IMG/VR virus record: IMGVR_UViG_3300045988_122383
Location: 24,896-88,895 of that record
Length of the DNA stretch: 64,000 nt
Direction: 5' to 3' (one strand)
Source of the DNA: a virus
The position numbers and the translations under genes are program-made. The notes under the pieces are model-generated. The model worked only from the letters and a program-made list of their open reading frames with translations. It searched no databases and was not told where the DNA came from. Below are positions 44,612 to 54,330 of this stretch, piece by piece. The first letter of the stretch is position 1. Every line of letters begins with the position of its first letter.

Positions 44612-45358
44612 CTATAAAATCCTAATAATTTGTTCGTAAATTGCAATCGCATTATCTTCTGGAAAGTTCTGGTTCACATGCATATGCCCAAAGAACCATT
44701 TTTGATAAATCACTTTGTCTTTTATTTGCTGTAAATAATCCGTTAACTTGTCAGATTTGTACACTCCTGATCCTTGATCCATTTGTCTTAAAACAGATGT
44801 GTATGGACTATGTGTAATAACGTAATCTACTTGGAAGTCATTTTTCTCTAAATTCATCACACCTTCTGCCATCTCTTTATCAGATGGCAATTCTTCTTTC
44901 CACCAGCTCACATGATTAATCCTAAACATTTTGTCATAATCTCTGTACCATTCATTAATTCTTGGATCGTCTGGCTCTAAAATTCCATCTTGCACATCAT
45001 GGGAACTGGCACCGCCAAATGTAAAGAATTTCTTTCCTTGAATTTCAAACACCTGTCCACGCATAAGATGAAATACAGAGTCTTTGATCTTGTGAATCTT
45101 TCCGCCACACCATTTCTCTACAGGATATTGATATAAGCGGTCGTAATTTTCATGATTCCCACATACAAACAATGTAGTAAATGGCTTGTTATCTAACCAT
45201 TCCAGATTATATCGTTCTTCTTTTGTGTCATGCCACAGTCCAAAATCTCCGCAGATAATCACATAATCATCTTTGGTTAACTCAACTCCCTCTGGGAAAG
45301 AACGACTGTTTAATCGAGTCATCCAATCCCCATGTGTATCTCCTGTTACAAATATCAT
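44612..45358 (-). CDS. Calcineurin-like metallophosphoesterase.
   Basis: Motifs GDTHGD, GDFG and GNHE. Confidence 0.7.
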   Translation of the reverse strand: MIFVTGDTHGDWMTRLNSRSFPEGVELTKDDYVIICGDFGLWHDTKEERYNLEWLDNKPFTTLFVCGNHENYDRLYQYPVEKWCGGKIHKIKDSVFHLMRGQVFEIQGKKFFTFGGASSHDVQDGILEPDDPRINEWYRDYDKMFRINHVSWWKEELPSDKEMAEGVMNLEKNDFQVDYVITHSPYTSVLRQMDQGSGVYKSDKLTDYLQQIKDKVIYQKWFFGHMHVNQNFPEDNAIAIYEQIIRIL

Positions 45359-46305
45359 ACAATTACTCCTTCCAATAACTCTTCTAATGCCTGCATATTA
45401 TCTTCATGTACTCTATCATCTTGATCTGCATCATCTTTGCCAGTCTTATAAGCAAACTTGATAATCTCCATAACTCTATCATAACTCACATTAACAACAT
45501 TTTCCTTCAATCCGTTAAAAGCCCCACTGATAATTTCCTTGTATGTCTGCGCAATATCATCAAACAATACATGAGTTTCTTCCTCTGTGATTGTTGCATA
45601 CAGAAATGTCATTGCAGGGCTACTATGATTCAATAATCTCATAAGTGTATACAATACGTTCTGATCATCTTTATGATCGACAAGTGTCCAATACACAAAG
45701 TTCTTTCGTAATGTATGCGTACCAATATTGTCCTCAATTCCAACTGCTTTAGCACCTTTTTTAACAAAATCCAAAGCATTTGCTTCAGTCATGTGTCCTA
45801 ATCCAGACTTACATGTTCCAAAAACATAATCATCCATTGGCACTTCGCCATCAATCTTGACATCATATTTAGTTCCTGCAACAGCTTCAAAGAAAATATC
45901 CACTGCTTCAGTTACCAAATCGTTAAAGTATACCGTTCTGAATTTCTTTGTTTTCTTTTCCTGCTTACGAGTCTTATCGTCTAATAAATCGCCCCATTTG
46001 AGTCTGACGATATCAGAGATACGATATGCTGTATTGTTTCCAACTGCAACCAAAAGATTGTTTCTGGCAGCTACATATCGTTTGTACTCTGTGTACGATT
46101 TATCAATCTGGTCTCTAAAATATGCATTAAAGGCTGCAAATTTTTCTTTGTTCTTAATTGGATACACTAAAGATGATACGCCTTTTTGTTTATTAGATCG
46201 AGTCCATTTAGGATTTCCGTCCTTACGTCTTTTGATCTTTGCTTCAGGTTCTTCTGCGTTATTATTGTTTGCTGTTTTAATAACTTCAAATTGTGTTGCT
46301 GCCAT
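45355..46305 (-). CDS. Tyrosine site-specific recombinase (phage integrase/Xer family).
   Basis: Catalytic Arg (AYRISDIVRLKW), His-x-x-Arg (GTHTLRKNF) and a C-terminal LLNHSSPAMTFLY containing the catalytic Tyr. Confidence 0.7.
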   Translation of the reverse strand: MAATQFEVIKTANNNNAEEPEAKIKRRKDGNPKWTRSNKQKGVSSLVYPIKNKEKFAAFNAYFRDQIDKSYTEYKRYVAARNNLLVAVGNNTAYRISDIVRLKWGDLLDDKTRKQEKKTKKFRTVYFNDLVTEAVDIFFEAVAGTKYDVKIDGEVPMDDYVFGTCKSGLGHMTEANALDFVKKGAKAVGIEDNIGTHTLRKNFVYWTLVDHKDDQNVLYTLMRLLNHSSPAMTFLYATITEEETHVLFDDIAQTYKEIISGAFNGLKENVVNVSYDRVMEIIKFAYKTGKDDADQDDRVHEDNMQALEELLEGVIV

Positions 46306-46331
46306 GATAATCTCTCCTCTCTTAATTATTC

Positions 46332-46664
46332 TTACACTCTCTTAATTACTTTTTCTATTTCCTGTGCCAACAGAAAATCATTTATTGCATTTTCATCGTC
46401 AGTAATCAATGTATATTTCCATACTGGGGAACCATGATATGATATATCTTCAACCTTAAATAATGCTCTTTTACCAGTGTTATTTTCTCTATGATCTGAC
46501 TCCAATAACTCTGTATGAATTCCCCAACTATCATATAGATGTCCATCGTATAGTATTTGAGCCGCAGCTATTAATATATTATATTTACTCACATCAACCT
46601 CTGTATTCACTGTTCCGTATAATTTCATTGTTCCAATCTCCTCTCTAATTATTGCACTGTTCAC
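46332..46664 (-). CDS. Hypothetical protein.
   Basis: ORF of 110 aa. Confidence 0.45.
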   Translation of the reverse strand: MNSAIIREEIGTMKLYGTVNTEVDVSKYNILIAAAQILYDGHLYDSWGIHTELLESDHRENNTGKRALFKVEDISYHGSPVWKYTLITDDENAINDFLLAQEIEKVIKRV

Positions 46665-46730
46665 GTACTTCTGGTCTAATTTCTACTTCGATTAATTCCA
46701 TAATTCTTACTCCTATTCTCTAAATTTAGG

Positions 46731-46757
46731 CAAAATAAAAAGAAGCCATAAGCTTCT
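46731..46757 (-). terminator. Rho-independent terminator.
   Basis: Hairpin GAAGCTTATGGCTTC followed by TTTTTATTTTG on the minus strand. Confidence 0.55.
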
Positions 46758-46781
46758 CAATCTCATTCTGTTATTCAATTT

Positions 46782-47246
46782 CTACAATGGTCTAATAATA
46801 TCAGGATTCATGATCAGAATACTATCACAATCCCAACCGTAAAGCTCATAATATAACTCATAATCACCTTTGGATAAATTAAGCTTAATTGCATCAACTC
46901 CATCTTCGACCATCTTCTCAAAATCTGGCACAACGCCCATTGTATCAAATAAATATTCTGGGAGATATCCCGATAGATCTTGCGTTGGAACCTGCTTTAA
47001 ATCGGCTTTCGCTGTCCATTCAACAATATTTGCCGAATCATCCAATGTAAATTTAAAGTTTTTGTCTAGTTTATCAATTCTAAAATCATTATCAATACAC
47101 CATTTCTCCCACGGCTGATCCGCCTTTATATCCGATGCCCATAAACCTCTAAATGGTTTGTTAATCATGTTTCTGTTCACAATTGACATAAACAACTCTT
47201 TCTCAAACTTATCACTTCCGTAGTGAATATAAATATTTTCTGACAT
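46782..47246 (-). CDS. Hypothetical protein.
   Basis: ORF of 154 aa. Confidence 0.45.
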   Translation of the reverse strand: MSENIYIHYGSDKFEKELFMSIVNRNMINKPFRGLWASDIKADQPWEKWCIDNDFRIDKLDKNFKFTLDDSANIVEWTAKADLKQVPTQDLSGYLPEYLFDTMGVVPDFEKMVEDGVDAIKLNLSKGDYELYYELYGWDCDSILIMNPDIIRPL

Positions 47247-47267
47247 TTTTCCATCCTTTCGTCAAAC

Positions 47268-47990
47268 TTATCCTGTCATCTGCTTCTCAAACAACTGTCT
47301 TTCCAACGCACCAAAATCATAATCACGATCACATTCCAAGTGTGCAAGGTTCGTTACCTTTGGCTTTTGTTTAGCGTTCTTCTTAGCCTGATTTCGTTCC
47401 CAGTTTCGTACTGCTGCCTTCCAGTCTTGCATCTTGCTATTGCCCATCATCCAATCTTTGGCTGTGTAATAATCCACAAACTCTTCTGGATCAATCCCAT
47501 TGTTTCTTTGTTGACAATATCTGGAGACTTGCTCGCAATCAGGCGGTGTGAATCGCTTTATATTATTATTATTATATTTATTATTATTCTTTACTTTCTT
47601 TTTATGTGTCGCTTCTGCGTCGTTTTGGTGTCGTTTCTGTGTAGCTTGTTCGTCTACAAAACCTTGATAAACACTGTAATTTACTATGGTTATGACCGTC
47701 TTTTTAGTGTCGCTTTTTACATGTATGATACTGTCGTTTTCCAGTGTCTTTAAAAATTTGATAATCTTTGAATTACTCCACCCCCATCGATCACACAATC
47801 TTCTGATCGAAGTAACCATCGATCCTCGCTCGACTATTTCTAAGTTTCCATCAACATACTTAGGTTGATTATTATAACCTGCGAGAATAAGTAAGTCAAT
47901 CATTGCTTGTCCTCTGGCAAATGGTTTGTCTTCCCATAGCCAATGATCTGTAATTTTCCGATGGAGTTTGATCCATCCTGTGTTACTCAT
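47268..47990 (-). CDS. Phage replication initiator / replisome-organizer-like protein (winged-helix N-terminus).
   Basis: N-terminal WIKLHRKITDHWLW...ARGQAMIDLLILAGY...WGWSNSKIIKFLKTLE resembles phage replisome-organizer N-domains. There is an internal Asn-rich low-complexity stretch. The call is tentative. Confidence 0.4.
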   Translation of the reverse strand: MSNTGWIKLHRKITDHWLWEDKPFARGQAMIDLLILAGYNNQPKYVDGNLEIVERGSMVTSIRRLCDRWGWSNSKIIKFLKTLENDSIIHVKSDTKKTVITIVNYSVYQGFVDEQATQKRHQNDAEATHKKKVKNNNKYNNNNIKRFTPPDCEQVSRYCQQRNNGIDPEEFVDYYTAKDWMMGNSKMQDWKAAVRNWERNQAKKNAKQKPKVTNLAHLECDRDYDFGALERQLFEKQMTG

Positions 47991-48028
47991 GGCATCACTC
48001 CCCTCTATATATGGAGATAAAATTCTCC

Positions 48029-48278
48029 TTTCACTGTTTTAAATGCTTACCTGTTAATTCATCAATTGCATAATGTGTCATAAATTCATCATAACTCATT
48101 ATACGTTTACCACAGTCACAGCATGTCATACATTTATTATATGTACAGCATTCAATAATTTCTTCATCTTGAAAATGTCCATCAAAACTATATATATATC
48201 GGTTCCAGTAGCTTTAAACCTAACAGCCATTCCACGATCACTTCCGCAGTGCGGACATTTTGTTATTGGTTTTCTCAT
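48029..48278 (-). pseudogene. Small zinc-ribbon ORF split by a frameshift in a (TA)n run.
   Basis: ATG at 48278 overlaps the upstream stop (ATGA). The first frame gives MRKPITKCPHCGSDRG... and the other frame continues ...ECCTYNKCMTCCDCGKRIMSYDEF... after TATATATATA at about 48196..48206. Confidence 0.3.
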
Positions 48279-48661
48279 TTAGCACCTTCTTCTAATTCTA
48301 TCTCTTTAATTTCATTCTGTTTAATCCAACGATCAGAAATTTCCGCTAACATATTAATATACGAGATAGGGAAATTTCCATTATAAATTTCTTTTCGTTC
48401 CTTATAAAATTTCAACAACTTATCATCGCTCCAGCTTTTGAACTGATTACTCACGATATTTTCTTTCTTCATATTTTCATGTTCTCGAATCCATCGCTTG
48501 CCGATTTCTTCCAAGACTATATATTGTTCTAAAAAAGTTCTATCGTCTCTTATTCCATGTGATCTTACCTGAATGTCTAACTTTCCCTGCTCCAACAGTT
48601 CATCATCTGTATATTCAAACGTACATTTGTGATCATTCAAATCCACCATTCGTACCACCAC
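48275..48661 (-). CDS. Hypothetical protein.
   Basis: ORF of 128 aa. Confidence 0.45.
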   Translation of the reverse strand: MVVRMVDLNDHKCTFEYTDDELLEQGKLDIQVRSHGIRDDRTFLEQYIVLEEIGKRWIREHENMKKENIVSNQFKSWSDDKLLKFYKERKEIYNGNFPISYINMLAEISDRWIKQNEIKEIELEEGAK

Positions 48662-48677
48662 CTATCAAATTTTCGTT

Positions 48678-49406
48678 TTATTCTTCATTAATCTCCATAT
48701 GATTTACATCAACAGGGTTCTCTAATTTGAGAATATCTTCTTTCTGTTCTACTAAAGCCTGTTGAGCAATCGCATTAATTTTATTCTGTGCAAAAGCTTC
48801 TATTTCGCCTTTAGCTTCTGTAATTGTTTTATCCATTTGTTCTTGAAACTGATCGAAAATAAATTTTGATTCAGATTCCATTGATTTGGTGATCCTTCCT
48901 AATTTTTTAAGAATCATTTCTTTGTCACCCTTACTAATAGATTTCTTTGTGCTAAAAAGCTCCTTTACTTCATCATAAAATTCCTGTGCGTCGTTCATAT
49001 GATCATTCATAGAATCTTTAAATTCATTAGTAATCTGCTGTCTTTTATTAATAAAATCCGCTTCATCAATGTGTCCTTTGCCTTGTATATATTTAATAGT
49101 ACAAGGTACACCAGCATCTACATTCATTGAGGTAATAACTTCTGCAAATTGAGACTGAGACATTGCAACTTCAATAATTTCATGTCCACCAACATACCAG
49201 TCTTCATTTAATCCTCTAGTAACTTTTCCTTCTCTTAATACCATGTGGATGGTATCATTATGTTGAATACTACTACCAAACAAATTACTGTGTCCACCAT
49301 GAGTACGCCTAAATGACAACATGCCAAATGATGGGTGTTTATATGATGTTCCAAGTGCATTTTCTGAGATTTCATAATCTCCTTCTTTTTTGATATTTTC
49401 TTCCAT
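48678..49406 (-). CDS. Hypothetical protein.
   Basis: ORF of 242 aa. Confidence 0.45.
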   Translation of the reverse strand: MEENIKKEGDYEISENALGTSYKHPSFGMLSFRRTHGGHSNLFGSSIQHNDTIHMVLREGKVTRGLNEDWYVGGHEIIEVAMSQSQFAEVITSMNVDAGVPCTIKYIQGKGHIDEADFINKRQQITNEFKDSMNDHMNDAQEFYDEVKELFSTKKSISKGDKEMILKKLGRITKSMESESKFIFDQFQEQMDKTITEAKGEIEAFAQNKINAIAQQALVEQKEDILKLENPVDVNHMEINEE

Positions 49407-49426
49407 TTATTTCCGTTTCCTTTCTA

Positions 49427-49930
49427 TCAAAGTTTCATTTTATCTATACGATCGTCACATTCCCATACCGCTTCATAGCAGACATCTAACATATCTCTTA
49501 CGATTTGTTTCCTTTGACTTAACTTTGCTTCTGTTTTTTCAATATCCTCTTTATCACGCAATAAATACATATATTTTTGATACGGCATGTTTGTATCTGC
49601 TAGTTTTTCTTCTATGGCGATCCTTTCATCAATTACTTTTCTTAGTTTATTACCTAATTCCTTATTCTTATCTTTAAGCGCTTTGATAATTGTATATCCA
49701 TACATTCTTTGATATTTAGACTCAAATTTTCCATCTTTGAATTCATAACGATCCTCAACCTTGCAGGCATCTAAAATCTTATCTCCGTTTTCTCTGCACT
49801 CATTTAACAATTCTAATAAACTCTGTTCATTATCAAATGTCGCATAGCCAATACCATCTTCTTTTGTTTCGTAAACACACATATATGGTTTTTCTGATGT
49901 ATATGCTTTAGATTTTTCCATTTTAATCAC
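49427..49930 (-). CDS. Hypothetical protein.
   Basis: ORF of 167 aa. Confidence 0.45.
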   Translation of the reverse strand: MIKMEKSKAYTSEKPYMCVYETKEDGIGYATFDNEQSLLELLNECRENGDKILDACKVEDRYEFKDGKFESKYQRMYGYTIIKALKDKNKELGNKLRKVIDERIAIEEKLADTNMPYQKYMYLLRDKEDIEKTEAKLSQRKQIVRDMLDVCYEAVWECDDRIDKMKL

Positions 49931-49945
49931 TCCTTTTTAATTCCT

Positions 49946-50302
49946 TTATTCCTTACAAGCTACAATGCAAGTTAGCTCTTTAAAGAACGGTTGATCTTTA
50001 ACCTGATTTAATAAATAATATACATCCAAATTGATCATATCTTTTTCGGATTTATCTATACTATATATTATTAAATATTCCAGTTTGTCACTCCAATTCT
50101 CAACAATTCCTAAATATTTTTCCATTTCCTCTTTAATGCTCTGCGAATCATCTAAAATAAAATTATCACATCTTGAAAACAGACTGCGAGAAATGTTTTC
50201 ATCTTCAAATATGATTACAAAACATTTTTCTGATCGAGAACTATCAATAAAATCACTGAGAAATTTAGATTTTCCGTTCCCTTTTAATGTTAATATATTC
50301 AT
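49946..50302 (-). CDS. Hypothetical protein.
   Basis: ORF of 118 aa. Confidence 0.45.
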   Translation of the reverse strand: MNILTLKGNGKSKFLSDFIDSSRSEKCFVIIFEDENISRSLFSRCDNFILDDSQSIKEEMEKYLGIVENWSDKLEYLIIYSIDKSEKDMINLDVYYLLNQVKDQPFFKELTCIVACKE

Positions 50303-50340
50303 TTTTCTATCACTCCTTCTGATCGAATATTTGTTTTATT

Positions 50341-50610
50341 TCAATATCCCATATTGGTTTCTTTTGTAATTTTTGTTGCTACAGAATCTAATACCTCATA
50401 TTTTTCAATAATATTAGATACTTCTTCTTTTGTTAGGAGTCTCCATTCATCAGTTCCATTCTTTTTAAACTCTAGTGTATGAGAGCCACGATCTACCCAT
50501 ACAGGAATACCAAATGTAATTCCCACGTATTTATCCATTAAAGCTAAACATTTATCAACTAATTTCCTATATTCTTTAGCTTCTTCTTTTCTCTTTTCTA
50601 ATTTATTCAT
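50341..50610 (-). CDS. Hypothetical protein.
   Basis: ORF of 89 aa. Confidence 0.4.
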   Translation of the reverse strand: MNKLEKRKEEAKEYRKLVDKCLALMDKYVGITFGIPVWVDRGSHTLEFKKNGTDEWRLLTKEEVSNIIEKYEVLDSVATKITKETNMGY

Positions 50611-50659
50611 TTTGAGACAACTCCTTTTTCGTTTTGTGTCATAATTATATCACACCTCT

Positions 50660-51754
50660 CTATTCTTCTGAAATAATTTCCACCGCTGCTTCGTAAAATC
50701 TGTTGTACAAAGTTGCATTAGTTTTAATAAGCTGAGATTTAGACAACCCATGAGCATATTCATCCCAGTTAACTCCATTCTCTGTCATCTTAGTGTAGAT
50801 TTTCCGATAAACAGACGTTCCACCTTTAGACTTATTTCCAATATGATTAGCATAATTGGTAATCTTGATCTTCATTTCTTCCCAATCAGGCTGTGCATTT
50901 TCTTTTCTGAACTGTCGCAGAAGTTTTTCCAATGAATTAACTAGCAGATCAGGGTATTTATCATAGCAAAGGTCAATTGTTGGGACATTACCTCTTTCTC
51001 CAATATTATACTTCTCTTTGTATTCTTTTCGATCCTGTTCCCACACAATCCCATATGTGTTAGTAAGATACCTGTATGCCTCTCTAAGAATATCTCTAGT
51101 AGTGGTTCCTAGTTCGTCAGATTCTTTTAGAATATCATTAATGATAGAATATACGTTGGATTTCCATTCGTTAAGTTTGTATTCTGCAATAACACTTTCA
51201 ATATCTACTACTGGAATATCTTTCGTAGGTTTACCGATCTGCTTATATAATTCTTTCCGTTCGGCTTTCATCTCTTTTACAATGTCTGCCAACTGATTGA
51301 AACCTTTGATAGTAACATTGTATAGGCGTTCATTGTTTCTTTCCATCTGCCTCATAAGTTCTGTCTGTTCTGTAAGAAATTGCTCCACTGTTGTTACGGG
51401 AGTTCCTGTTCTTAAATTTCCATGACGATAAGAGGAAATCACGTCCCAAACCCAATCCATGAAGGCGTTTGCCTTTGGCTGTCTGCTCCATCTACAAATT
51501 TCCATCACGCCACGTTCATTATAGAGTGTAGTGTCATACTTCTTGTTATCAGTAGCCCCCAGTTTGAGGGTAACTGAATATTTATCCAGTCTATCTCTAT
51601 ATCTATTGTGCAAATTATCAATTGCTTTCTGTGGATCTCCATATTCCAGTGCCTCTCCGATCTGCTTTCTTGTCATCCAAATATCGTCCTCGGCACTATA
51701 AAAATCACACGCTATATCATTAAAATTTTCCGTTTTTACTAACTGTAGGTTCAT
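50660..51754 (-). CDS. Bro-N domain antirepressor-like protein.
   Basis: FYSAEDDIWMTRKQIGEALEYGDPQKAI...NERGVMEICRWSRQPKANAFMDWVWDVI fits the Bro-N/KilA-N pattern. Confidence 0.65.
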   Translation of the reverse strand: MNLQLVKTENFNDIACDFYSAEDDIWMTRKQIGEALEYGDPQKAIDNLHNRYRDRLDKYSVTLKLGATDNKKYDTTLYNERGVMEICRWSRQPKANAFMDWVWDVISSYRHGNLRTGTPVTTVEQFLTEQTELMRQMERNNERLYNVTIKGFNQLADIVKEMKAERKELYKQIGKPTKDIPVVDIESVIAEYKLNEWKSNVYSIINDILKESDELGTTTRDILREAYRYLTNTYGIVWEQDRKEYKEKYNIGERGNVPTIDLCYDKYPDLLVNSLEKLLRQFRKENAQPDWEEMKIKITNYANHIGNKSKGGTSVYRKIYTKMTENGVNWDEYAHGLSKSQLIKTNATLYNRFYEAAVEIISEE

Positions 51755-51789
51755 TCTTCATCTTCCTTTCTAAACTGTCTTATTTTTCT

Positions 51790-51960
51790 CTACACTCATT
51801 ATTTTTGTATAACTGTATTCCGTAAACCAATAGGAATAAAATCAACATTTAATTCCAACTATTAGTGTGCCAATCCTAATAGAAACCTATTCTATTCCTA
51901 TTAGCTCTCTATGTATTAACACCCTATCCTATTAACAATTCTATGTCTAGTTAGTTATTA
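51790..51960. promoter_or_regulatory. Regulatory region upstream of the Bro-N gene, with inverted repeats CCAATAGGAATA / TATTCCTATTAG and CTAATAG-N-CTATTAG.
   Basis: Read from the sequence. The arrangement is operator-like. Confidence 0.35.
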
Positions 51961-51973
51961 GTTTGTATAATAA

Positions 51974-52054
51974 ATTTGACAAAGAACCGACCTGCCAAAT
52001 CGGTTCCTGTCAAATGTTTTCGCAAAATAAAAAGAACCTTCTGCTCGGTTCTTT
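51974..52054 (-). terminator. Two tandem rho-independent terminators.
   Basis: AAAGAACCGAGCAGAAGGTTCTTT followed by TTATTTTG, and GAACCGATTTGGCAGGTCGGTTC followed by TTTGTCAAATTT, both on the minus strand. Confidence 0.5.
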
Positions 52055-52074
52055 GCCAAAATTATTATATGGAA

Positions 52075-52320
52075 TTAAATCAGTTGGTAAACGAGCATTC
52101 CGAAGTCCACAATAACCCATAATGTCGTGATTACTTTCATAGGCTTCATAATAGCCTCTAATATTTCTTCTGATATGACTATATACTTCTTTAAATATAC
52201 TTGATTATATTCATGGTCAATTTTTCTTAATAAAATCCACGTCAAGAAAATAATCACATATAATACAAAAGATATTCCGCAGAACTGTTCAAAGAAATGA
52301 ACAACTTGTTCTAATTCCAT
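52075..52320 (-). CDS. Small membrane protein.
   Basis: 81 aa with two hydrophobic segments. Confidence 0.4.
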   Translation of the reverse strand: MELEQVVHFFEQFCGISFVLYVIIFLTWILLRKIDHEYNQVYLKKYIVISEEILEAIMKPMKVITTLWVIVDFGMLVYQLI

Positions 52321-53675
52321 ACTTCATCATCCTCATCTTCATTATCATATAAATTTTCCACTGGTGCTGTCTGTTGGAACATATCTGTTGGAGATAGGTT
52401 TCTAGCTTCACACATTGCACAAAAGACTTTCAGTACCTTATCCCATTCATGCTCCTGAATCCACTGTAGAAATGGTTTCTTTCCACGTTTCTTAACATCA
52501 ATCTGATATTTATATTGCAAGTTCTTATAAAGCTCGTTCCACATAACAGAGAATTGCGTTCCTGTTACCGCAGCCAACTTCCTAATCCCAGCGTTCATCT
52601 TATTGCGATCATCCCATGTTAAAATTTCCGCTGCTAATAGCTTATTATCATTCTGTAACTTCTGGTTCTCTTCTTTAAGTTCTTTATTCTGTGTTCGTAG
52701 ATCGGTTACCATAGCAAGCTTGACATCCTCAGAAAATGACGGGAAGTAGTGTTCAATGAACTGTGACTCTTTCCCAAAGTCAACCGCACCGCCTGTCTTA
52801 CGAATGTTTTTAAGATATTCTTTAATCTGTTTCTTCATCTGCTTTGCAATCGGCTTACGTGACTGCATACACACTTCATAGAGTCCATCTTCTGTGAGGA
52901 ACCAAAATGGAACTTTAGTTTTTCCATTAGCATCAAGCTGACCTAAATTTTGTACGTTAACATTATTAACGGTCAAAATTTTGGTCTTATATTTTTCCTC
53001 GCTATCAATAGTATTGATCATTTGACTAATCTGCCTAGTTCCGTCAGGACGTTTACTATAATCAATCCATTCTGCTACATCCTTCGCCAAAAATAACGGA
53101 TCTTCAATACTTCTGTATAAGTCAATTCGTCTACCTAAAATTTCCGTTGTGTCAACAAGTTTAACGCCTGCCTCTACCTGTTCTTGTTCTCTCTGTTCTT
53201 CTATCGTGATATAATCATTAATGAAAACATAATATCTTACGCTCTCGGCAAGCTTTGAAGTTTCCATTAGTAAAGATAATCTGATCAAACATTTAAGAGT
53301 AAACACCTTAGCACCTTTATAGCCGAATGAGATATTTAATCCGTTCGGATACGTTACCATGATTCTTCCCTTCTGTTTTTCCGTTGTTGCGTCCTGACCG
53401 TCAATGATCTCCTGCACCGTCTTAACTTCCATTCCATCTGCTAAAAACTCTTTACGATACTTCGTACACAGCCTCTTAACCTCGTCAACATCTCCGTCAA
53501 AGAATCGTGCTACCTGTTCCGTAGTAATATAATCTCGTCCAGGAAGCCACGGGATCGGCTTGATTGTAACCTGTTTTAAAAGTTCTGTGTTCTGCACCAA
53601 CTCATCCCTCTTTTCTTTGTCCAAAATTGGATCGCAAGGGATTTCCATTTCGTTTAGATTCATAATCAATTCCAC
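52311..53675 (-). CDS. Antirepressor-like protein with a central Bro-N-like domain and a KilAC-like C-terminal region.
   Basis: LFLAKDVAEWIDYSKRPDGTRQISQMI...WFLTEDGLYEVCMQSRKPIAKQMKKQIKEYL matches the Bro-N pattern. It is a paralog of the previous Bro-N gene. Confidence 0.6.
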   Translation of the reverse strand: MELIMNLNEMEIPCDPILDKEKRDELVQNTELLKQVTIKPIPWLPGRDYITTEQVARFFDGDVDEVKRLCTKYRKEFLADGMEVKTVQEIIDGQDATTEKQKGRIMVTYPNGLNISFGYKGAKVFTLKCLIRLSLLMETSKLAESVRYYVFINDYITIEEQREQEQVEAGVKLVDTTEILGRRIDLYRSIEDPLFLAKDVAEWIDYSKRPDGTRQISQMINTIDSEEKYKTKILTVNNVNVQNLGQLDANGKTKVPFWFLTEDGLYEVCMQSRKPIAKQMKKQIKEYLKNIRKTGGAVDFGKESQFIEHYFPSFSEDVKLAMVTDLRTQNKELKEENQKLQNDNKLLAAEILTWDDRNKMNAGIRKLAAVTGTQFSVMWNELYKNLQYKYQIDVKKRGKKPFLQWIQEHEWDKVLKVFCAMCEARNLSPTDMFQQTAPVENLYDNEDEDDEVWN

Positions 53676-53756
53676 CTTTCTTATGTAAAAATTTGTATTA
53701 AAAAAGACACTCTGGAATTTTCCATAAGTGTCCTAGTTACCTATATTAATTTGTAT

Positions 53757-54296
53757 TCACTCTAATTCTAGTTCATCAATTTCTGGCGTATCGGAATGAT
53801 CCATTTCCCTTAGTTCCTCGATACTTGTTCCAAGCAAAGTAAGAGCCGACTTAAATCGTTTAGGATCAATATATCCTGTAGGTCTATGCCAAAAGTTTTT
53901 AGCAAAATCGGGATCTTCTTTTTCCCATTCATATGCTATGCGATCGGCTTCATCGTATAATAGCCTTGCTCGTGTTGGCAGTTTCATTGGATCATGCCCT
54001 CTGCTCTGCTGTCTGTAATCTTCTATTATATTATCCCAGCTAAGATCATCAGGAATCTTTTCTATTATATATACTTCTTGCAAAGCTTCTTCTGGTACAT
54101 CAGGATAATGAATCAGAGCATACCTCTCTTTTCCATTCGTAACATATTTGTATACTTCATGTTCAAGATCTGGAAGTGCTACATATTCGAATCCATTTTT
54201 CTTTAGTCCCTCTACCCAGTTTGTTTCTGTAAATGTTTGAACCCATACGTCTTTTCCATAATGCTTGCATTTATTCATGTCCGTCACTCCTTCCAT
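53757..54296 (-). CDS. Hypothetical protein.
   Basis: ORF of 179 aa. Confidence 0.45.
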   Translation of the reverse strand: MEGVTDMNKCKHYGKDVWVQTFTETNWVEGLKKNGFEYVALPDLEHEVYKYVTNGKERYALIHYPDVPEEALQEVYIIEKIPDDLSWDNIIEDYRQQSRGHDPMKLPTRARLLYDEADRIAYEWEKEDPDFAKNFWHRPTGYIDPKRFKSALTLLGTSIEELREMDHSDTPEIDELELE

Positions 54297-54330
54297 ATAT
54301 AATCTGCTTTCTTAAATAATATTTTCCGCC

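Noticed and set aside
45857-46345. 162-aa plus-strand ORF antisense to the tyrosine recombinase.
   Set aside because: The recombinase catalytic motifs are on the minus strand. The plus ORF is Leu/Ser/Phe-rich shadow sequence.
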